From: an uncultured Gammaproteobacteria bacterium
GTDB lineage: Bacteria; Pseudomonadota; Gammaproteobacteria; GCF-002020875
Direction: 5' to 3'
Length of the DNA stretch: 64,000 bases
Assembly (NCBI GenBank): GCA_963981015.1
Contig: CAXCCG010000001.1
Location: 12,560-76,559, forward strand
The notes beneath the pieces were generated by a model, which did no database searches, had not been told where the DNA came from, and saw only the letters and a program-made list of their open reading frames with translations. Position 1 is the stretch's first letter, and every line of letters begins with the position of its first letter. Below are positions 1 to 10,808 of this stretch, in pieces. The position numbers and the translations under genes were made by a program.

Positions 1-446
1 TCAAGGTGCTCATGGTAGTGTTCACCGACCTGCATCACCGGTGCATTCACACAGGCTCCAAGACACTCCACCTCTTTCAGTGAGAACAGGCCATCTTCGG
101 TTATTTCACCAAAACCGATACCCAATTTATCTTCGAGGTGATCAACCACCTGTTTGGAGTTACGCAACATGCAGGAGATGTTGGTACAGACACAGAGCTT
201 ATGTTTTCCCTGTGGCTTATGTTCATACATTGAATAGAAGGTGGCAACCTCATAGACGTTGATCGCTGGCATCTGCAGATACCCGGCCACAGCATCCATC
301 AGCTCTTGCGTCAGATGCCCACCATTCTGATCTTGCACAATACGCAGTGCAGCCATTACCGCAGACTGTTTCTGCTCTGCTGGATACTTATTGACCCAAC
401 GATCTATATCAGCGCGGGAGGTATCGGAAATTAGTTCTGCACTCAT
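1..446 (-). CDS. nuoE: NADH-quinone oxidoreductase subunit E (24 kDa), partial; 3' end lies beyond the window
   Basis: Reverse-complement translation from the ATG at 444-446 reads MSAELISDTSRADIDRWVNKYPAEQKQSAVMAALRIVQDQNGGHL...CVCTNISCMLRNS...ECLGACVNAP, matching the NuoE 2Fe-2S motifs. It continues the nuoDCBA order downstream. Confidence 0.85.
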   Translation of the reverse strand, partial: MSAELISDTSRADIDRWVNKYPAEQKQSAVMAALRIVQDQNGGHLTQELMDAVAGYLQMPAINVYEVATFYSMYEHKPQGKHKLCVCTNISCMLRNSKQVVDHLEDKLGIGFGEITEDGLFSLKEVECLGACVNAPVMQVGEHYHEHL

Positions 447-456
447 CGATCCATGC

Positions 457-1737
457 TCATCTATCTATTTCACCAAATACCACATCCATGGTACCGATTA
501 CAGCAACTACATCTGCAAGCATATGCCCTTTCACCATTTCTTCCATTGCAGCAAGATGGGCAAAGCCCGGGGCACGAATCTTCAGCCTGTAAGGCTTATT
601 GGCACCATCCGAAAGAATATAGGTTCCAAATTCCCCTTTGGGGTGCTCAACCGCCGCATACGCCTCACCTTTTGGAACACTATACCCTTCAGTAAAATGT
701 TTAAAGTGGTGAATCAGTGACTCCATCCCCTCTTTCATCTCACTCCGTGGCGGTGGGGTCACCTTATGGTCATCGGCCATCACTGCTCCAGGGTTCTGTC
801 TCAACCAGGTTACACACTGTTGAATGATGTGGTTGGACTGGCGCATCTCTTCGATACGCACCAGATAACGGTCATAGCAGTCACCATTCACACCGATAGG
901 AATCTCAAAGTCGAGTTTGTCATATACCTCATAAGGCTGCTTACGACGCAAATCCCATGCTACACCAGAACCACGCAACATCGGCCCGGTAAAGCCTAAC
1001 TGCTTTGCCAAATCTGCATCTATCACACCGATATCCACGGTACGCTGTTTCCAGATACGGTTATTGGTCAACAAGGTCTCATATTCATCAACCAGCTTGG
1101 GGAAACGCCCGGTAAAATTCTCAATAAAGTCGAGTACAGAGCCATCACGCCCCTCATTCTGTCGCTTCAGATCTTTTTCACTTCGCCACTGGTTAGATTT
1201 GTATTTCGGCATCTCATCCGGTAGATCACGATAAACCCCACCCGGACGATAGTAGGCCGCATGCATACGCGCTCCAGAGACCGCCTCGTAGAGATCCATC
1301 AGATCCTCACGCTCCCGAAAACAGTAGAGGAACACAGTCATAGCACCCACATCCAGTGCATGGGTACCCAGCCACATCAAATGGTTGAGAATACGGGTTA
1401 TCTCATCAAACATCACGCGGATATATTGGGCCCTCTCAGGGACCTCTACCCCCAGCAGCTTCTCAATGGTCATCACATAGGCATGCTCATTGCACATCAT
1501 CGAGACATAGTCGAGACGATCCATATAGGGGATGCTCTGGTTATACATCCGCTGCTCAGCCAACTTCTCTGTTCCACGGTGAAGCAGACCAATATGCGGA
1601 TCAGCCCGCTCAATGGTCTCACCATCCATTTCCAAAATCAGTCGCAGTACACCATGCGCTGCAGGGTGCTGAGGGCCGAAATTCAGCGTAAAGTTACGGA
1701 TTTCTGCAGCACTCATCTCTGCCGGATTAGTGGACAT
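457..1737 (-). CDS. nuoD: NADH-quinone oxidoreductase subunit D
   Basis: 426 aa ORF; MSTNPAEM...[15 protein letters not shown] is typical of NuoD/49 kDa subunits. Confidence 0.95.
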   Translation of the reverse strand: MSTNPAEMSAAEIRNFTLNFGPQHPAAHGVLRLILEMDGETIERADPHIGLLHRGTEKLAEQRMYNQSIPYMDRLDYVSMMCNEHAYVMTIEKLLGVEVPERAQYIRVMFDEITRILNHLMWLGTHALDVGAMTVFLYCFREREDLMDLYEAVSGARMHAAYYRPGGVYRDLPDEMPKYKSNQWRSEKDLKRQNEGRDGSVLDFIENFTGRFPKLVDEYETLLTNNRIWKQRTVDIGVIDADLAKQLGFTGPMLRGSGVAWDLRRKQPYEVYDKLDFEIPIGVNGDCYDRYLVRIEEMRQSNHIIQQCVTWLRQNPGAVMADDHKVTPPPRSEMKEGMESLIHHFKHFTEGYSVPKGEAYAAVEHPKGEFGTYILSDGANKPYRLKIRAPGFAHLAAMEEMVKGHMLADVVAVIGTMDVVFGEIDR

Positions 1738-2332
1738 AACGATTATCCTTTCGAATCACACGTTCGGTATTGACTCGTTCATCGATCGTCACCGGCTCAT
1801 ACACTACACGTCCCTTCATCTCGTCATAGCGCATCTCAACATGCCCCGTCATCGGGAAGTCTTTACGCAGTGGGTGACCAATGAAGCCATAATCTGTCAA
1901 AATCCTGCGGAGATCCGGGTGTCCATCAAAGGCAATCCCGTAGAGATCGAACGCCTCACGCTCATACCAGTTTGCCGATTTCCAGATATCAACAACGGTT
2001 GGGATCACTGGAAAACTGTCTTCTTCAACAAATACACGGATGCGGAGTCGCTCATTCAGACGGTAGGAGATCAGGTGAAGCACAACCGCATAGCGTTTTC
2101 CTGTCCAGTGCTTACCTGCTGCCTGTTCATACGCTGAATAGTCGACACCACAGAGATCAATCAACTGCTCCATCTGAAATTGTGGCTTTTCTCTTAAAGC
2201 CAGACAAAACTCCAGGTAGTCGCTAGCCTCTACCTCTACGGTTAGCTCATTCAACTCTTCGCTAATTTTCAGATCAAGCTCTTCAAATTGCTCTTCGAGC
2301 CGCTCCTGCAGGGTATCGTCAGTCAGTGCCAT
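1727..2332 (-). CDS. nuoC: NADH-quinone oxidoreductase subunit C
   Basis: 201 aa ORF, NuoC-like (30 kDa subunit), overlapping nuoD start in conserved order. Confidence 0.9.
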   Translation of the reverse strand: MALTDDTLQERLEEQFEELDLKISEELNELTVEVEASDYLEFCLALREKPQFQMEQLIDLCGVDYSAYEQAAGKHWTGKRYAVVLHLISYRLNERLRIRVFVEEDSFPVIPTVVDIWKSANWYEREAFDLYGIAFDGHPDLRRILTDYGFIGHPLRKDFPMTGHVEMRYDEMKGRVVYEPVTIDERVNTERVIRKDNRYVH

Positions 2333-2338
2333 AATTAA

Positions 2339-2836
2339 TTATCGTGCAATGGTGTTGGTACGACGAATTTTGTCGTGCAGTTGCAGGATGCCGTAGACCA
2401 GCGCTTCTGCGGTTGGAGGACAGCCGGGAACATAGATATCAACCGGTACCACACGATCACACCCTCGCACCACCGCATAGGAGTAGTGGTAGTAACCCCC
2501 ACCATTGGCACAAGAACCCATTGAGATCACCCAACGTGGCTCAGACATCTGGTCGTAAACTTTTCGTAGCGCAGGTGCCATTTTATTAACCAAGGTACCT
2601 GCCACAATCATCACATCCGATTGTCGCGGACTGGGGCGGAAGATCATTCCAAAACGGTCCAGATCATAACGTGCTGCGGCTGAGTGCATCATCTCCACTG
2701 CACAGCAGGCCAATCCAAAGGTCATTGGCCACATCGATCCTGTACGCGCCCAGTTGATCAATTTATCTGCACTGGTGGTGACAACTCCCTCTTCAAGTAT
2801 CCCTTCTATTCCCATTCCAGTGCCCCTTTCTTCCAC
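2339..2836 (-). CDS. nuoB: NADH-quinone oxidoreductase subunit B
   Basis: 165 aa; CCAVEMMH and CPP...GCPP motifs of the NuoB 4Fe-4S (N2) subunit. Confidence 0.93.
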   Translation of the reverse strand: MEERGTGMGIEGILEEGVVTTSADKLINWARTGSMWPMTFGLACCAVEMMHSAAARYDLDRFGMIFRPSPRQSDVMIVAGTLVNKMAPALRKVYDQMSEPRWVISMGSCANGGGYYHYSYAVVRGCDRVVPVDIYVPGCPPTAEALVYGILQLHDKIRRTNTIAR

Positions 2837-3186
2837 TCATAGATGAATCCAATCACCAGAATTAACAGGAAGATCCCCATTGAGGCCAAGCCGAATGCAC
2901 CCAGCTGATCCAGTACAACAGCCCAAGGAAACAGAAAGGCAATTTCAAGATCAAAAATAATAAAAAGAATGGCGACAAGATAGAAACGCACATCAAATTT
3001 CATGCGTGAATCTTCAAAGGCTTCGAAGCCGCACTCATAAGGTGAATTTTTTTCCCGATCCGGGCGGTGCTCGCCCAGCAAGAAACCGATCGCAATCGGT
3101 CCGAGGCCTACGCCCAAACCAACAACGATAAACAGCATAACCGGCAGATAGTGTTCTAGCATTGTTATTGTTTCAATCCTACTCAA
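2806..3186 (-). CDS. nuoA: NADH-quinone oxidoreductase subunit A
   Basis: 126 aa small membrane protein at the head of the nuo operon. Confidence 0.85.
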   Translation of the reverse strand: MSRIETITMLEHYLPVMLFIVVGLGVGLGPIAIGFLLGEHRPDREKNSPYECGFEAFEDSRMKFDVRFYLVAILFIIFDLEIAFLFPWAVVLDQLGAFGLASMGIFLLILVIGFIYEWKKGALEWE

Positions 3187-3287
3187 CAGCCATCAATAAT
3201 GAGAACTTTGGCCACAACAAAAAGAGGGGCTAAGTTTACATCTCAACCATGGAGAGCCGCAAACGAAATCTCCAATCCATTAATATA

Positions 3288-3372
3288 TGGTGCCGAAGGC
3301 CGGACTTGAACCGGCACGGCTTACGCCACTACCCCCTCAAGATAGCGTGTCTACCAATTCCACCACTTCGGC
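3288..3372 (-). tRNA. leuU: tRNA-Leu (anticodon GAG)
   Basis: Reverse complement is GCCGAAGTGGTGGAATTGGTAGACACGCTATCTTGAGGGGGTAGTGGCGTAAGCCGTGCCGGTTCAAGTCCGGCCTTCGGCACCA. It has a 7-bp acceptor stem, a long variable arm, anticodon loop CTTGAGG and a CCA end. It sits just downstream of secG, as with E. coli secG-leuU. Confidence 0.9.
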
Positions 3373-3413
3373 AAAAACTTACTTTTACTTCTCTTTTCTA
3401 CTACTTCTCTTCT

Positions 3414-3884
3414 TTACTTCTTCTCTTCGGAGACAGAATCTACCATCTCTTTAAGTTTTTCCACTTCACCTTCTGGAACAGCCGGTAGTGCATCACCTGA
3501 TGGCATCAGTGGTGCAACCTCTTCACCGTTTTGAGGTAGAGGAATACCGCTATTCATCTGGCTCTGATCGAAGAGTTTCTCATCTACTGGTAACGGAATT
3601 TCACTCTTCTGCTCTGCTTGCACACGATCAACCACACTGGTCGAGACCTCTTCCTTATGCCCTGCGAAGTATGCCAAGGAGAGGCTGGTGATAAAGAACA
3701 CCGTTGCCAACCCCCCTGTCAGCCGACTCACGAAGGAGGTGGAACCCTGTGAACCAAATACGGTTGCTGAAGCACCACTGCCAAAGGCTGCACCAGCATC
3801 TGCGCCTTTACCGTGCTGCATTAAAATCAACCCTACCATGCCAATAGCTGCAACGACATGGACTAGTAATAAAATTGTTTGCAT
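3414..3884 (-). CDS. secG: preprotein translocase subunit SecG (with extended C-terminal tail)
   Basis: MQTILLLVHVVAAIGMVGLILMQHGKGADAGAAFGSGASATVFGSQGS is the canonical SecG N-terminus. It is followed by tRNA-Leu. Confidence 0.9.
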   Translation of the reverse strand: MQTILLLVHVVAAIGMVGLILMQHGKGADAGAAFGSGASATVFGSQGSTSFVSRLTGGLATVFFITSLSLAYFAGHKEEVSTSVVDRVQAEQKSEIPLPVDEKLFDQSQMNSGIPLPQNGEEVAPLMPSGDALPAVPEGEVEKLKEMVDSVSEEKK

Positions 3885-3896
3885 TAGATCAAGTAC

Positions 3897-4649
3897 CTAT
3901 CCAGCAGCCCGGCAGATGGTCAGAAAATCCTCAGATTTCAGTGAAGCACCACCAATCAAACCACCGTCAATATCAGGCTGCGCCAAAAGCTCAGCCGCAT
4001 TTGCAGCATTCATGCTACCACCATATTGAATTCTTACACCATCAGCAACTAACTGATCTTGCTTGGCAATATGAGAACGAACAAAGGCGTGAACCTCTTG
4101 AGCCTGTTCAGGGGAAGCTGTTTTACCCGTACCAATCGCCCATACCGGCTCATAAGCAATCACCGAGTTCTGCAGTGCTGCAACACCATAGGCGTTGATT
4201 ACCGCGTCCATCTGACGTGCACAAACCTGCTCGGTTACTCCCTCTTCACGCTCTTCCAGCAGTTCGCCGATACAGAGAATAGGCGTCAGGCCGGAATCCT
4301 GTGCTGCCTTGAACTTTTCAGCAACCAACTGATCACTCTCACCCCGACCATGACGGCGCTCAGAATGTCCTACAATGGCATACTGACAATTAAAGTCATT
4401 CAACATAGAACCTGAGATTTCGCCGGTATAGGCTCCTGAAGCTGCATTACTCAGGTCCTGACTACCCAGCGCAATTGCTGTGCCTCCGGTCAGTGCTGAG
4501 GCCTCTGCTATGTAGATCGCAGGTGCACAGACAACAACCTCGGCTACATTCACTTCACCGATCCCTGCTTTTAGCCCTGCAACCAGTTCACGGATAGACT
4601 CCAGTGTTCCATTCATCTTCCAGTTTCCGGCAACAATCGGTTTGCGCAT
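3897..4649 (-). CDS. tpiA: triosephosphate isomerase
   Basis: MRKPIVAGNWKMNG...IVGHSERR...AYEPVWAIGTG TIM signatures. Confidence 0.95.
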   Translation of the reverse strand: MRKPIVAGNWKMNGTLESIRELVAGLKAGIGEVNVAEVVVCAPAIYIAEASALTGGTAIALGSQDLSNAASGAYTGEISGSMLNDFNCQYAIVGHSERRHGRGESDQLVAEKFKAAQDSGLTPILCIGELLEEREEGVTEQVCARQMDAVINAYGVAALQNSVIAYEPVWAIGTGKTASPEQAQEVHAFVRSHIAKQDQLVADGVRIQYGGSMNAANAAELLAQPDIDGGLIGGASLKSEDFLTICRAAG

Positions 4650-4777
4650 TGACGACTCCCTTATTCAAAACTCATTCTTCCATGCAACCCCCTCATTCTT
4701 ATCACATGAGGTTGTTGCCAAAATTGCAGCGGCGAATCTTAGCGATTCAGCCTCAATAAATCAATCGAAATTGGTGA

Positions 4778-6118
4778 CTAAATCTCACCGACCTCTTGTT
4801 GCACAATATCTGACAACCATTTTACCTCTCTCTCAACCTCTTCAGAGTCCTCACCTTCTACCATCACTCGAACCAGAGGCTCAGTACCCGAAGCACGTAA
4901 CAGCACGCGTCCACGCTCTGCCAGACGCCGCTCAACCTCTTTAAGTGCCTGCTGAATTGCGGGCGAATCATTCACACTTCGTTCACGCAAGACCACATTG
5001 ATCATCTGCTGTGGGTAACGCGCCACTTCACGACTCCACTCAGACAGTGGTTTTCCACTCTCTACCAACTCGTATAGCACCTGCAACGCACTGACAATAC
5101 CATCTCCGGTTGTCGTTCGGTCGAGACAGATCAGATGCCCTGAGGACTCTCCACCCAGTAATCCCTGATGTTGTTGCAGTAGCTCCAACACATAACGGTC
5201 CCCGACAGCGGCCCGCATAAAAGGGATTTCAAGACGTGAAAAGGCGTGTTCCAATCCCAAGTTGGTCATCAAAGTACCCACTACAGGCCCCTGAATGCCC
5301 CCTTCACGCTGCCGAGAGCAGGCAATAATATAGAGCAACAGATCCCCATCCACCACCTCGCCACACTCATCCACAAGAATGCAGCGGTCGCCATCCCCAT
5401 CCAGTGCTACGCCCAGGTCCGCCTCATGATGTTTGACCAGGTCTGCCAGTAGTTGAGGATGTGTCGAACCCACCTGATGGTTAATATTGATTCCATCCGG
5501 CTGAGCCCCAATCACAATGACATCTGCACCCAGCTCCTCAAATACATGCGGTGCCGTTGCATAGGTTGCACCGTTGGCACAGTCAACCACAATACGCATA
5601 CCAGACAATGAAAAATGGGCGGGGACAGAGCCTTTGCAAAATTCGATATAGCGCCCTTGGGCATCTTCAACTCTGCGGGCCTTACCCAAATCGACCGATT
5701 CAACTAGCCGAATCGGCTCATCTAACAGGGACTCAACCTCATGCTCCCATTGATCGGGCAGTTTTTTCCCCTCTGCTGAGAAAAATTTAAAGCCATTATC
5801 ATAAAACGGATTATGTGAGGCACTGATGACAATGCCTGCCTTTGCACGTAGGGTTCGAGTCAAATAGGCTACTGCCGGAGTAGGCATTGGGCCTAGCAGG
5901 CCGATATCCATTCCTGCTGCAGAGAACCCTGCTTCCAGGGCAGACTCAAACATATAACCGGAGATACGCGTATCTTTGCCGATTAATACCATACCATCGC
6001 CTTCACGCGCCAACACCTTACCCGCAGCATAGCCCAGACGCATTACAAAGTCCGGGGTAATGGGGTGCTCCCCTACCCGCCCCCGAACACCATCTGTACC
6101 AAAAAACTTCCTGCTCAA
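4778..6118 (-). CDS. glmM: phosphoglucosamine mutase
   Basis: MSRKFFGTDGVRG...ISASHNP phosphohexomutase signature; 446 aa. Confidence 0.95.
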   Translation of the reverse strand: MSRKFFGTDGVRGRVGEHPITPDFVMRLGYAAGKVLAREGDGMVLIGKDTRISGYMFESALEAGFSAAGMDIGLLGPMPTPAVAYLTRTLRAKAGIVISASHNPFYDNGFKFFSAEGKKLPDQWEHEVESLLDEPIRLVESVDLGKARRVEDAQGRYIEFCKGSVPAHFSLSGMRIVVDCANGATYATAPHVFEELGADVIVIGAQPDGININHQVGSTHPQLLADLVKHHEADLGVALDGDGDRCILVDECGEVVDGDLLLYIIACSRQREGGIQGPVVGTLMTNLGLEHAFSRLEIPFMRAAVGDRYVLELLQQHQGLLGGESSGHLICLDRTTTGDGIVSALQVLYELVESGKPLSEWSREVARYPQQMINVVLRERSVNDSPAIQQALKEVERRLAERGRVLLRASGTEPLVRVMVEGEDSEEVEREVKWLSDIVQQEVGEI

Positions 6119-6912
6119 AAATGACTCCTTTCCATCAATCCTGCACCTACCAAAGCCTCATACGTCTCTCGCACATCGTGCACACGTACAACATCAGCAC
6201 CTCGTTCCACAGCAACCACTGCAGCCCCGACACTCCCCATCAAGCGCTCCTCAACGGGTCGCCCTCCCAGCAAAGTACCTATCATCGATTTCCTGGATAT
6301 CCCAACCAGAAGAGGTACTTCTGCTATTTTAAAACGGGCCAGACCTCGCAATAGTTGCATATTATGATCCAGTGTTTTGCCAAACCCGAAACCTGGATCA
6401 ATCCAGATTTTTGAGCGGTCGATGCCCGCATGTTCACTCACCTCAATACGTGCTGACAAAAAGCCCAGCACATCCTCAACCACATCTTGATAATCGGGTT
6501 GCTGTTGCATTGTTCTTGGCTCACCCTGCATATGCATCAAACTGACTGTTGCCCCCGTATCAGCAGCCGCTTGTAACGCCCCGGCCCCTTGAAGGGCACA
6601 GACATCATTAATAAGATCTGCCCCTGCTGCAACCGCTGCACGCATTATATCCGCTTTGCTGGTATCGACTGAAAGTTGAACATCACTCTCTTGACGAATC
6701 GCTTCAATAACTGGAATAACACGCTGCAGCTCCTGGTCCAGCGAAACTGCAGATGCACCCGGACGAGTCGACTCCCCTCCGACATCAATAATGGCTGCCC
6801 CATCCCTGACCATTTTTAATGCTTGAGTACGCGCACTCTCCAGCGCAATAAAAGCCCCCCCATCGGAAAAAGAGTCCGGGGTTACATTGAGTATCCCCAT
6901 AATTCGGGACAC
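6115..6912 (-). CDS. folP: dihydropteroate synthase
   Basis: MGILNVTPDSFSDGG pterin-binding motif; 4-nt overlap with glmM, conserved ftsH-folP-glmM order. Confidence 0.93.
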   Translation of the reverse strand: MSRIMGILNVTPDSFSDGGAFIALESARTQALKMVRDGAAIIDVGGESTRPGASAVSLDQELQRVIPVIEAIRQESDVQLSVDTSKADIMRAAVAAGADLINDVCALQGAGALQAAADTGATVSLMHMQGEPRTMQQQPDYQDVVEDVLGFLSARIEVSEHAGIDRSKIWIDPGFGFGKTLDHNMQLLRGLARFKIAEVPLLVGISRKSMIGTLLGGRPVEERLMGSVGAAVVAVERGADVVRVHDVRETYEALVGAGLMERSHF

Positions 6913-6939
6913 ATTCAGTACCAGAATACTGCTACTGAA

Positions 6940-8865
6940 TCAGTGCTGATTGGCCGGATCACCCACAGGATCTTCTGAATCGGCTTCATCACTCTCTGAA
7001 GCAACGATGAACTCAACCCCATCATCATCTTCGTCATCATCAGACTCACTCCAATCTTCTGGCGGACGCGGTGTACGCCCCTCCATAATATCCTTGATTT
7101 GAGTACCATCAATCGTTTCAAATTTGATTAATGCCTCTGCCATCAGATCCAGTATGGTTCGATTCTCTTTCAGAATGGACTCTGCACGCTCATAGTTCTG
7201 ATCGATCACAGCACGAATCTCCTCATCAATCAGATGTGATGTTTCGTCCGACACCTCTTTATGTTTGGTTACAGAACGCCCCAGAAAGACCTCTCCCTCC
7301 TCCTCTGCATAGGAGAGTGGCCCCAATTTTTCTGACAGCCCCCATTTGGTCACCATATTACGGGCTATTTCTGTAGCACGCTCAATGTCGTTAGAGGCAC
7401 CTGTTGTCACCGCATCTGCACCAAACACCAACTCTTCTGCAATACGTCCACCAAACAGACTGGATATTTGACTCTCCAGACGTTTTTTACTATGGCTATA
7501 GCGATCTTCTTCCGGAAGGAACATGGTGACGCCGAGAGCACGCCCTCGAGGAATAATGGTCACCTTATAAACCGGATCATGCTCAGGAACTGACAATCCA
7601 ACAATCGCATGACCTGCCTCATGGAAGGCTGTCAGCGACTTCTCCTCATCACTCATCACCATTGAACGGCGTTCCGCACCCATCATAATCTTGTCCTTGG
7701 CCTTCTCAAACTCAGACATATTGACCAGACGTTTGCCGGCTTTGGCAGCAAACAGGGCCGCCTCATTCACCAGGTTGGCGAGATCGGCACCAGAGAAGCC
7801 CGGAGTTCCCCGCGCCAGCAGTTTGGGCTTGACGTTCTTGGCGACCGGAACCTTATTCATATGCACTTTAAGGATATGCTCACGTCCGCGCACATCGGGT
7901 AGTGGCACCACCACCTGACGGTCAAAACGGCCAGGGCGTAGCAGTGCAGGGTCCAATACGTCTGGACGGTTGGTTGCTGCAATCACAATCACGCCATCAT
8001 TGGCCTCAAAGCCATCCATCTCTACCAGTAGCTGATTCAGTGTCTGCTCACGCTCATCGTGTCCTCCACCAAGCCCGGCACCACGATGGCGCCCCACCGC
8101 GTCGATCTCATCAATAAAGATGATACAAGGCGCACTTTTCTTGGCCTGCTCAAACATGTCACGTACACGCGAGGCACCGACACCGACAAACATCTCAACA
8201 AAATCAGAGCCAGAGATAGTAAAAAAAGGCACCTTGGCTTCACCGGCAATCGCCTTCGCCAGCAGTGTCTTACCGGTGCCTGGAGAACCTGTCAGCAATA
8301 CACCACGAGGAATTTTTCCACCCAGCTTCTGAAATTTTCCAGGATCTTGCAAAAAATCAACCAGTTCAGAGACCTCCTCTTTCGCCTCCTCAACTCCAGC
8401 CACATCCGCAAAGGTGACTTGCACTTGATCTTCATTCAAGAGACGTGCCTTGCTCTTACCGAAAGACATCGGCCCCCCTTTACCACCAACTCCACCTTGC
8501 ATCTGGCGCATAAAGAAGACCCACACCGCAATCAGCAGCAGCATAGGGAACCAGGAGATGAAAATCTGCATCAACATCCCCTGCTGCTCAGGGGGCTGTG
8601 CATCGATTGACACCCCATTTTCGATCAGATCACCGATCAGCCCACGATCACCCGGATCATAGGTGGTGAATTGCTCTCCTGTAGCGCTGACCCCACGAAC
8701 CACTCGCCCCTCAATCTCCACTCGATTCACACGACCTTGACGAACATCCGAGATAAATTGCGAGTAGTCGACACCTTTCTGGCTGCTGTTGCGGGGACCA
8801 AAACTATTAAAAACAGACATGAGCACAGTTGCAATAACGGCCCACAAGAGGATATTTTTCATCAT
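6940..8865 (-). CDS. ftsH: ATP-dependent zinc metalloprotease FtsH
   Basis: 641 aa; AAA+ Walker [12 protein letters not shown], a second region of homology, the HEAGHA zinc motif and an acidic C-terminal tail. Confidence 0.97.
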   Translation of the reverse strand: MMKNILLWAVIATVLMSVFNSFGPRNSSQKGVDYSQFISDVRQGRVNRVEIEGRVVRGVSATGEQFTTYDPGDRGLIGDLIENGVSIDAQPPEQQGMLMQIFISWFPMLLLIAVWVFFMRQMQGGVGGKGGPMSFGKSKARLLNEDQVQVTFADVAGVEEAKEEVSELVDFLQDPGKFQKLGGKIPRGVLLTGSPGTGKTLLAKAIAGEAKVPFFTISGSDFVEMFVGVGASRVRDMFEQAKKSAPCIIFIDEIDAVGRHRGAGLGGGHDEREQTLNQLLVEMDGFEANDGVIVIAATNRPDVLDPALLRPGRFDRQVVVPLPDVRGREHILKVHMNKVPVAKNVKPKLLARGTPGFSGADLANLVNEAALFAAKAGKRLVNMSEFEKAKDKIMMGAERRSMVMSDEEKSLTAFHEAGHAIVGLSVPEHDPVYKVTIIPRGRALGVTMFLPEEDRYSHSKKRLESQISSLFGGRIAEELVFGADAVTTGASNDIERATEIARNMVTKWGLSEKLGPLSYAEEEGEVFLGRSVTKHKEVSDETSHLIDEEIRAVIDQNYERAESILKENRTILDLMAEALIKFETIDGTQIKDIMEGRTPRPPEDWSESDDDEDDDGVEFIVASESDEADSEDPVGDPANQH

Positions 8866-8981
8866 GATGTAAGTAACCAGGTTTCCAGAGTAATTTAGTA
8901 AGGTATGAAAGAGTAGCTTATAGTGGAGGTAATTATAACTAAATTCAATAGCCCCTCCCTATTTTCTCCTCACGATGACGA

Positions 8982-9599
8982 CTACGCACCCAATGTAGTG
9001 TCTGAGCGAAATACTTTTTTCCAGTAGAGTATGCGGTTATTGGCTGGCATGGCAACATCACCCTGCAACCGCATTCCCCCCTTCTCGGCCAACTGGTTAA
9101 GCCACTCAAAGTCCCGTACACCACTGGCAGGATCACGCTGTTTAAGCCATTGATCAAAGCTACGGTTGCTCTCACTGGTAAAGTCTCCCTTATAGTTAAA
9201 TGGTCCATAGAGCAGAAAAATTCCCTCTTTAGACAGCACATTTGCCACACCTGACACAAAGCTTTCAACCATTTGCAGACTCATGATGTGGGCGGTATTG
9301 GCGGAGAATACAGCATCTGCTTTCAGTTGCGGCCACTGCTCTTGGGTCACATCCAGCTCCAATGGTATTGGGGTGTTGCTCAATCCGCGCTCCTCCAACC
9401 ACGCATTGATGCTCGGATGGTTTTCCAGCCGGTCGCTACACTGCCAGCTCAGGTGGGGCATCGCTTGAGCAAAATCAACTGCATGCTGCCCTGAGCCACT
9501 GCCAATTTCCAACAACTGTGACCGACCGCTCAGCAGAGGCTGAATGACCGAAAGAATTGGATCCCGGTTCTCTATGCAGGACTGAGAAAACTGCTTCAT
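8982..9599 (-). CDS. class I SAM-dependent methyltransferase-like protein (DUF938 family)
   Basis: 205 aa; LEIGSGSGQHAV glycine-rich SAM-binding motif. It lies between ftsH and rlmE, where the two are normally adjacent. Confidence 0.6.
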   Translation of the reverse strand: MKQFSQSCIENRDPILSVIQPLLSGRSQLLEIGSGSGQHAVDFAQAMPHLSWQCSDRLENHPSINAWLEERGLSNTPIPLELDVTQEQWPQLKADAVFSANTAHIMSLQMVESFVSGVANVLSKEGIFLLYGPFNYKGDFTSESNRSFDQWLKQRDPASGVRDFEWLNQLAEKGGMRLQGDVAMPANNRILYWKKVFRSDTTLGA

Positions 9600-9639
9600 G
9601 ATAAAACCTTTATTGAAGATATGAGAGCAACCTCTACTA

Positions 9640-9799
9640 GGGAACCTCTGAATAAGTCATGTGTAAATGCCTAACGCCCATAGTGCCCAATATCTTCATT
9701 GAAAACCTTGCTAATAGCCTGCTATTGGCTGCGATCTTCGCCTTGATCTTGGACACTATGGACGTAATTCAAATTACCCAGACTTGTTCAGAGGTTCCC
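9640..9799. mobile_element. MITE copy 1 (160 bp, 19-bp TIRs GGGAACCTCTGAATAAGTC / GACTTGTTCAGAGGTTCCC, TA flanks)
   Basis: Near-identical elements at 30695-30854 and 39917-40076. A perfect/near-perfect terminal inverted repeat is flanked by a TA dinucleotide on each side (9638-9639 and 9800-9801). There are internal hairpins (cccatagtg...cactatgg; gctaatagc/gctattggc). No coding capacity. Confidence 0.85.
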
Positions 9800-10422
9800 T
9801 AGCTACCTCTGTATTTTCTAGCCAGAAGATAGACCTCTCGACTACGACCTCTTGACGCCTTGGGTTTTCGGGTCAACACCGTACTAAAATCATGACGTAA
9901 CCCCTGTAATAGCTGGTCAAAACCATCTCCCTGAAAAACCTTCATCAGCAGGTCTCCACCCGGCTTTAATGTCTGACGTGCAAAGTCGTGCGCCAATTCC
10001 ACCAAAAACATCGCCTTTGGAATATCTACCGCACTCATTCCACTCATATTGGGAGCCATATCTGAGAGAACCAGATCCAGAGGCTCCCCTCCCAGCAGTG
10101 TTAACAGTTGCTCCAGTACAGACTCTTCCCGAAAATCCCCCCGCAAAAATGTTGCACCAACAACCGGGTCCATATCCAGAATATCCATTGCAACCACCAC
10201 ACCACTCTTCCCCACCTTCTGTGCAGCAACCTGGGTCCAGCCGCCAGGAGCTGCCCCAAGATCTACAATACGCAGCCCAGGGCGCAACAGATGATCTTTC
10301 TCATTAATTTCGATCAGTTTATAGGCTGCACGGGAACGGTAACCATCCACCTGAGACCGTTTGACGTATTCATCATTGAAATGTTCCTGCAACCAGCGAC
10401 CACTGCTTTTACTTTTTGCCAC
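9799..10422 (-). CDS. rlmE: 23S rRNA (uridine2552-2'-O)-methyltransferase RlmE/FtsJ
   Basis: [24 protein letters not shown]...[18 protein letters not shown]; stop codon TAG shares its TA with the MITE flank. Confidence 0.95.
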   Translation of the reverse strand: MAKSKSSGRWLQEHFNDEYVKRSQVDGYRSRAAYKLIEINEKDHLLRPGLRIVDLGAAPGGWTQVAAQKVGKSGVVVAMDILDMDPVVGATFLRGDFREESVLEQLLTLLGGEPLDLVLSDMAPNMSGMSAVDIPKAMFLVELAHDFARQTLKPGGDLLMKVFQGDGFDQLLQGLRHDFSTVLTRKPKASRGRSREVYLLARKYRGS

Positions 10423-10512
10423 ACGCTATTCTCAACTGTTACTTTGCCTTCCATAAGGCCTTCCATTACTATACGCGCCCTTCACCACAATACTTAATGA
10501 GCATCAAACCCC

Positions 10513-10806
10513 ATGGATCTTACCGGAAAACAGAAACGACATCTTCGAGGACTTGGACATGAACTGCATCCACTGGTCACCATCGGGGGGAACGGTCTCT
10601 CTGAAAGTGTACTCTCTGAACTGAACCAAACGCTGGAACACCATGAATTAATCAAGGTAAAGGTTAACGCCGGAGAGCGCGATGAGAAGAAGGTGCTGAT
10701 TGCGGAGATGGTTGAGAAGAGCAAAGCCACTCTGGTTCAGACCATCGGTCATGTCGCACTACTCTATCGCAGAGCTGAACAACCCAAACTACAGCTCCCA
10801 AAGTAA
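10513..10806 (+). CDS. yhbY: ribosome assembly RNA-binding protein YhbY (CRS1/YhbY domain)
   Basis: 97 aa; LTGKQKRHLRGLGHELHPLVTIGGNGLSE...IKVKV; divergent from rlmE as in E. coli. Confidence 0.9.
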   Translation: MDLTGKQKRHLRGLGHELHPLVTIGGNGLSESVLSELNQTLEHHELIKVKVNAGERDEKKVLIAEMVEKSKATLVQTIGHVALLYRRAEQPKLQLPK

Positions 10807-10808
10807 AA

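Noticed and set aside
1261-1773. 170-aa plus-strand ORF
   Set aside because: Antisense within nuoD.
8945-9268. 107-aa minus-strand ORF
   Set aside because: Out-of-frame overlap with the DUF938 methyltransferase ORF, which has the SAM-binding motif.
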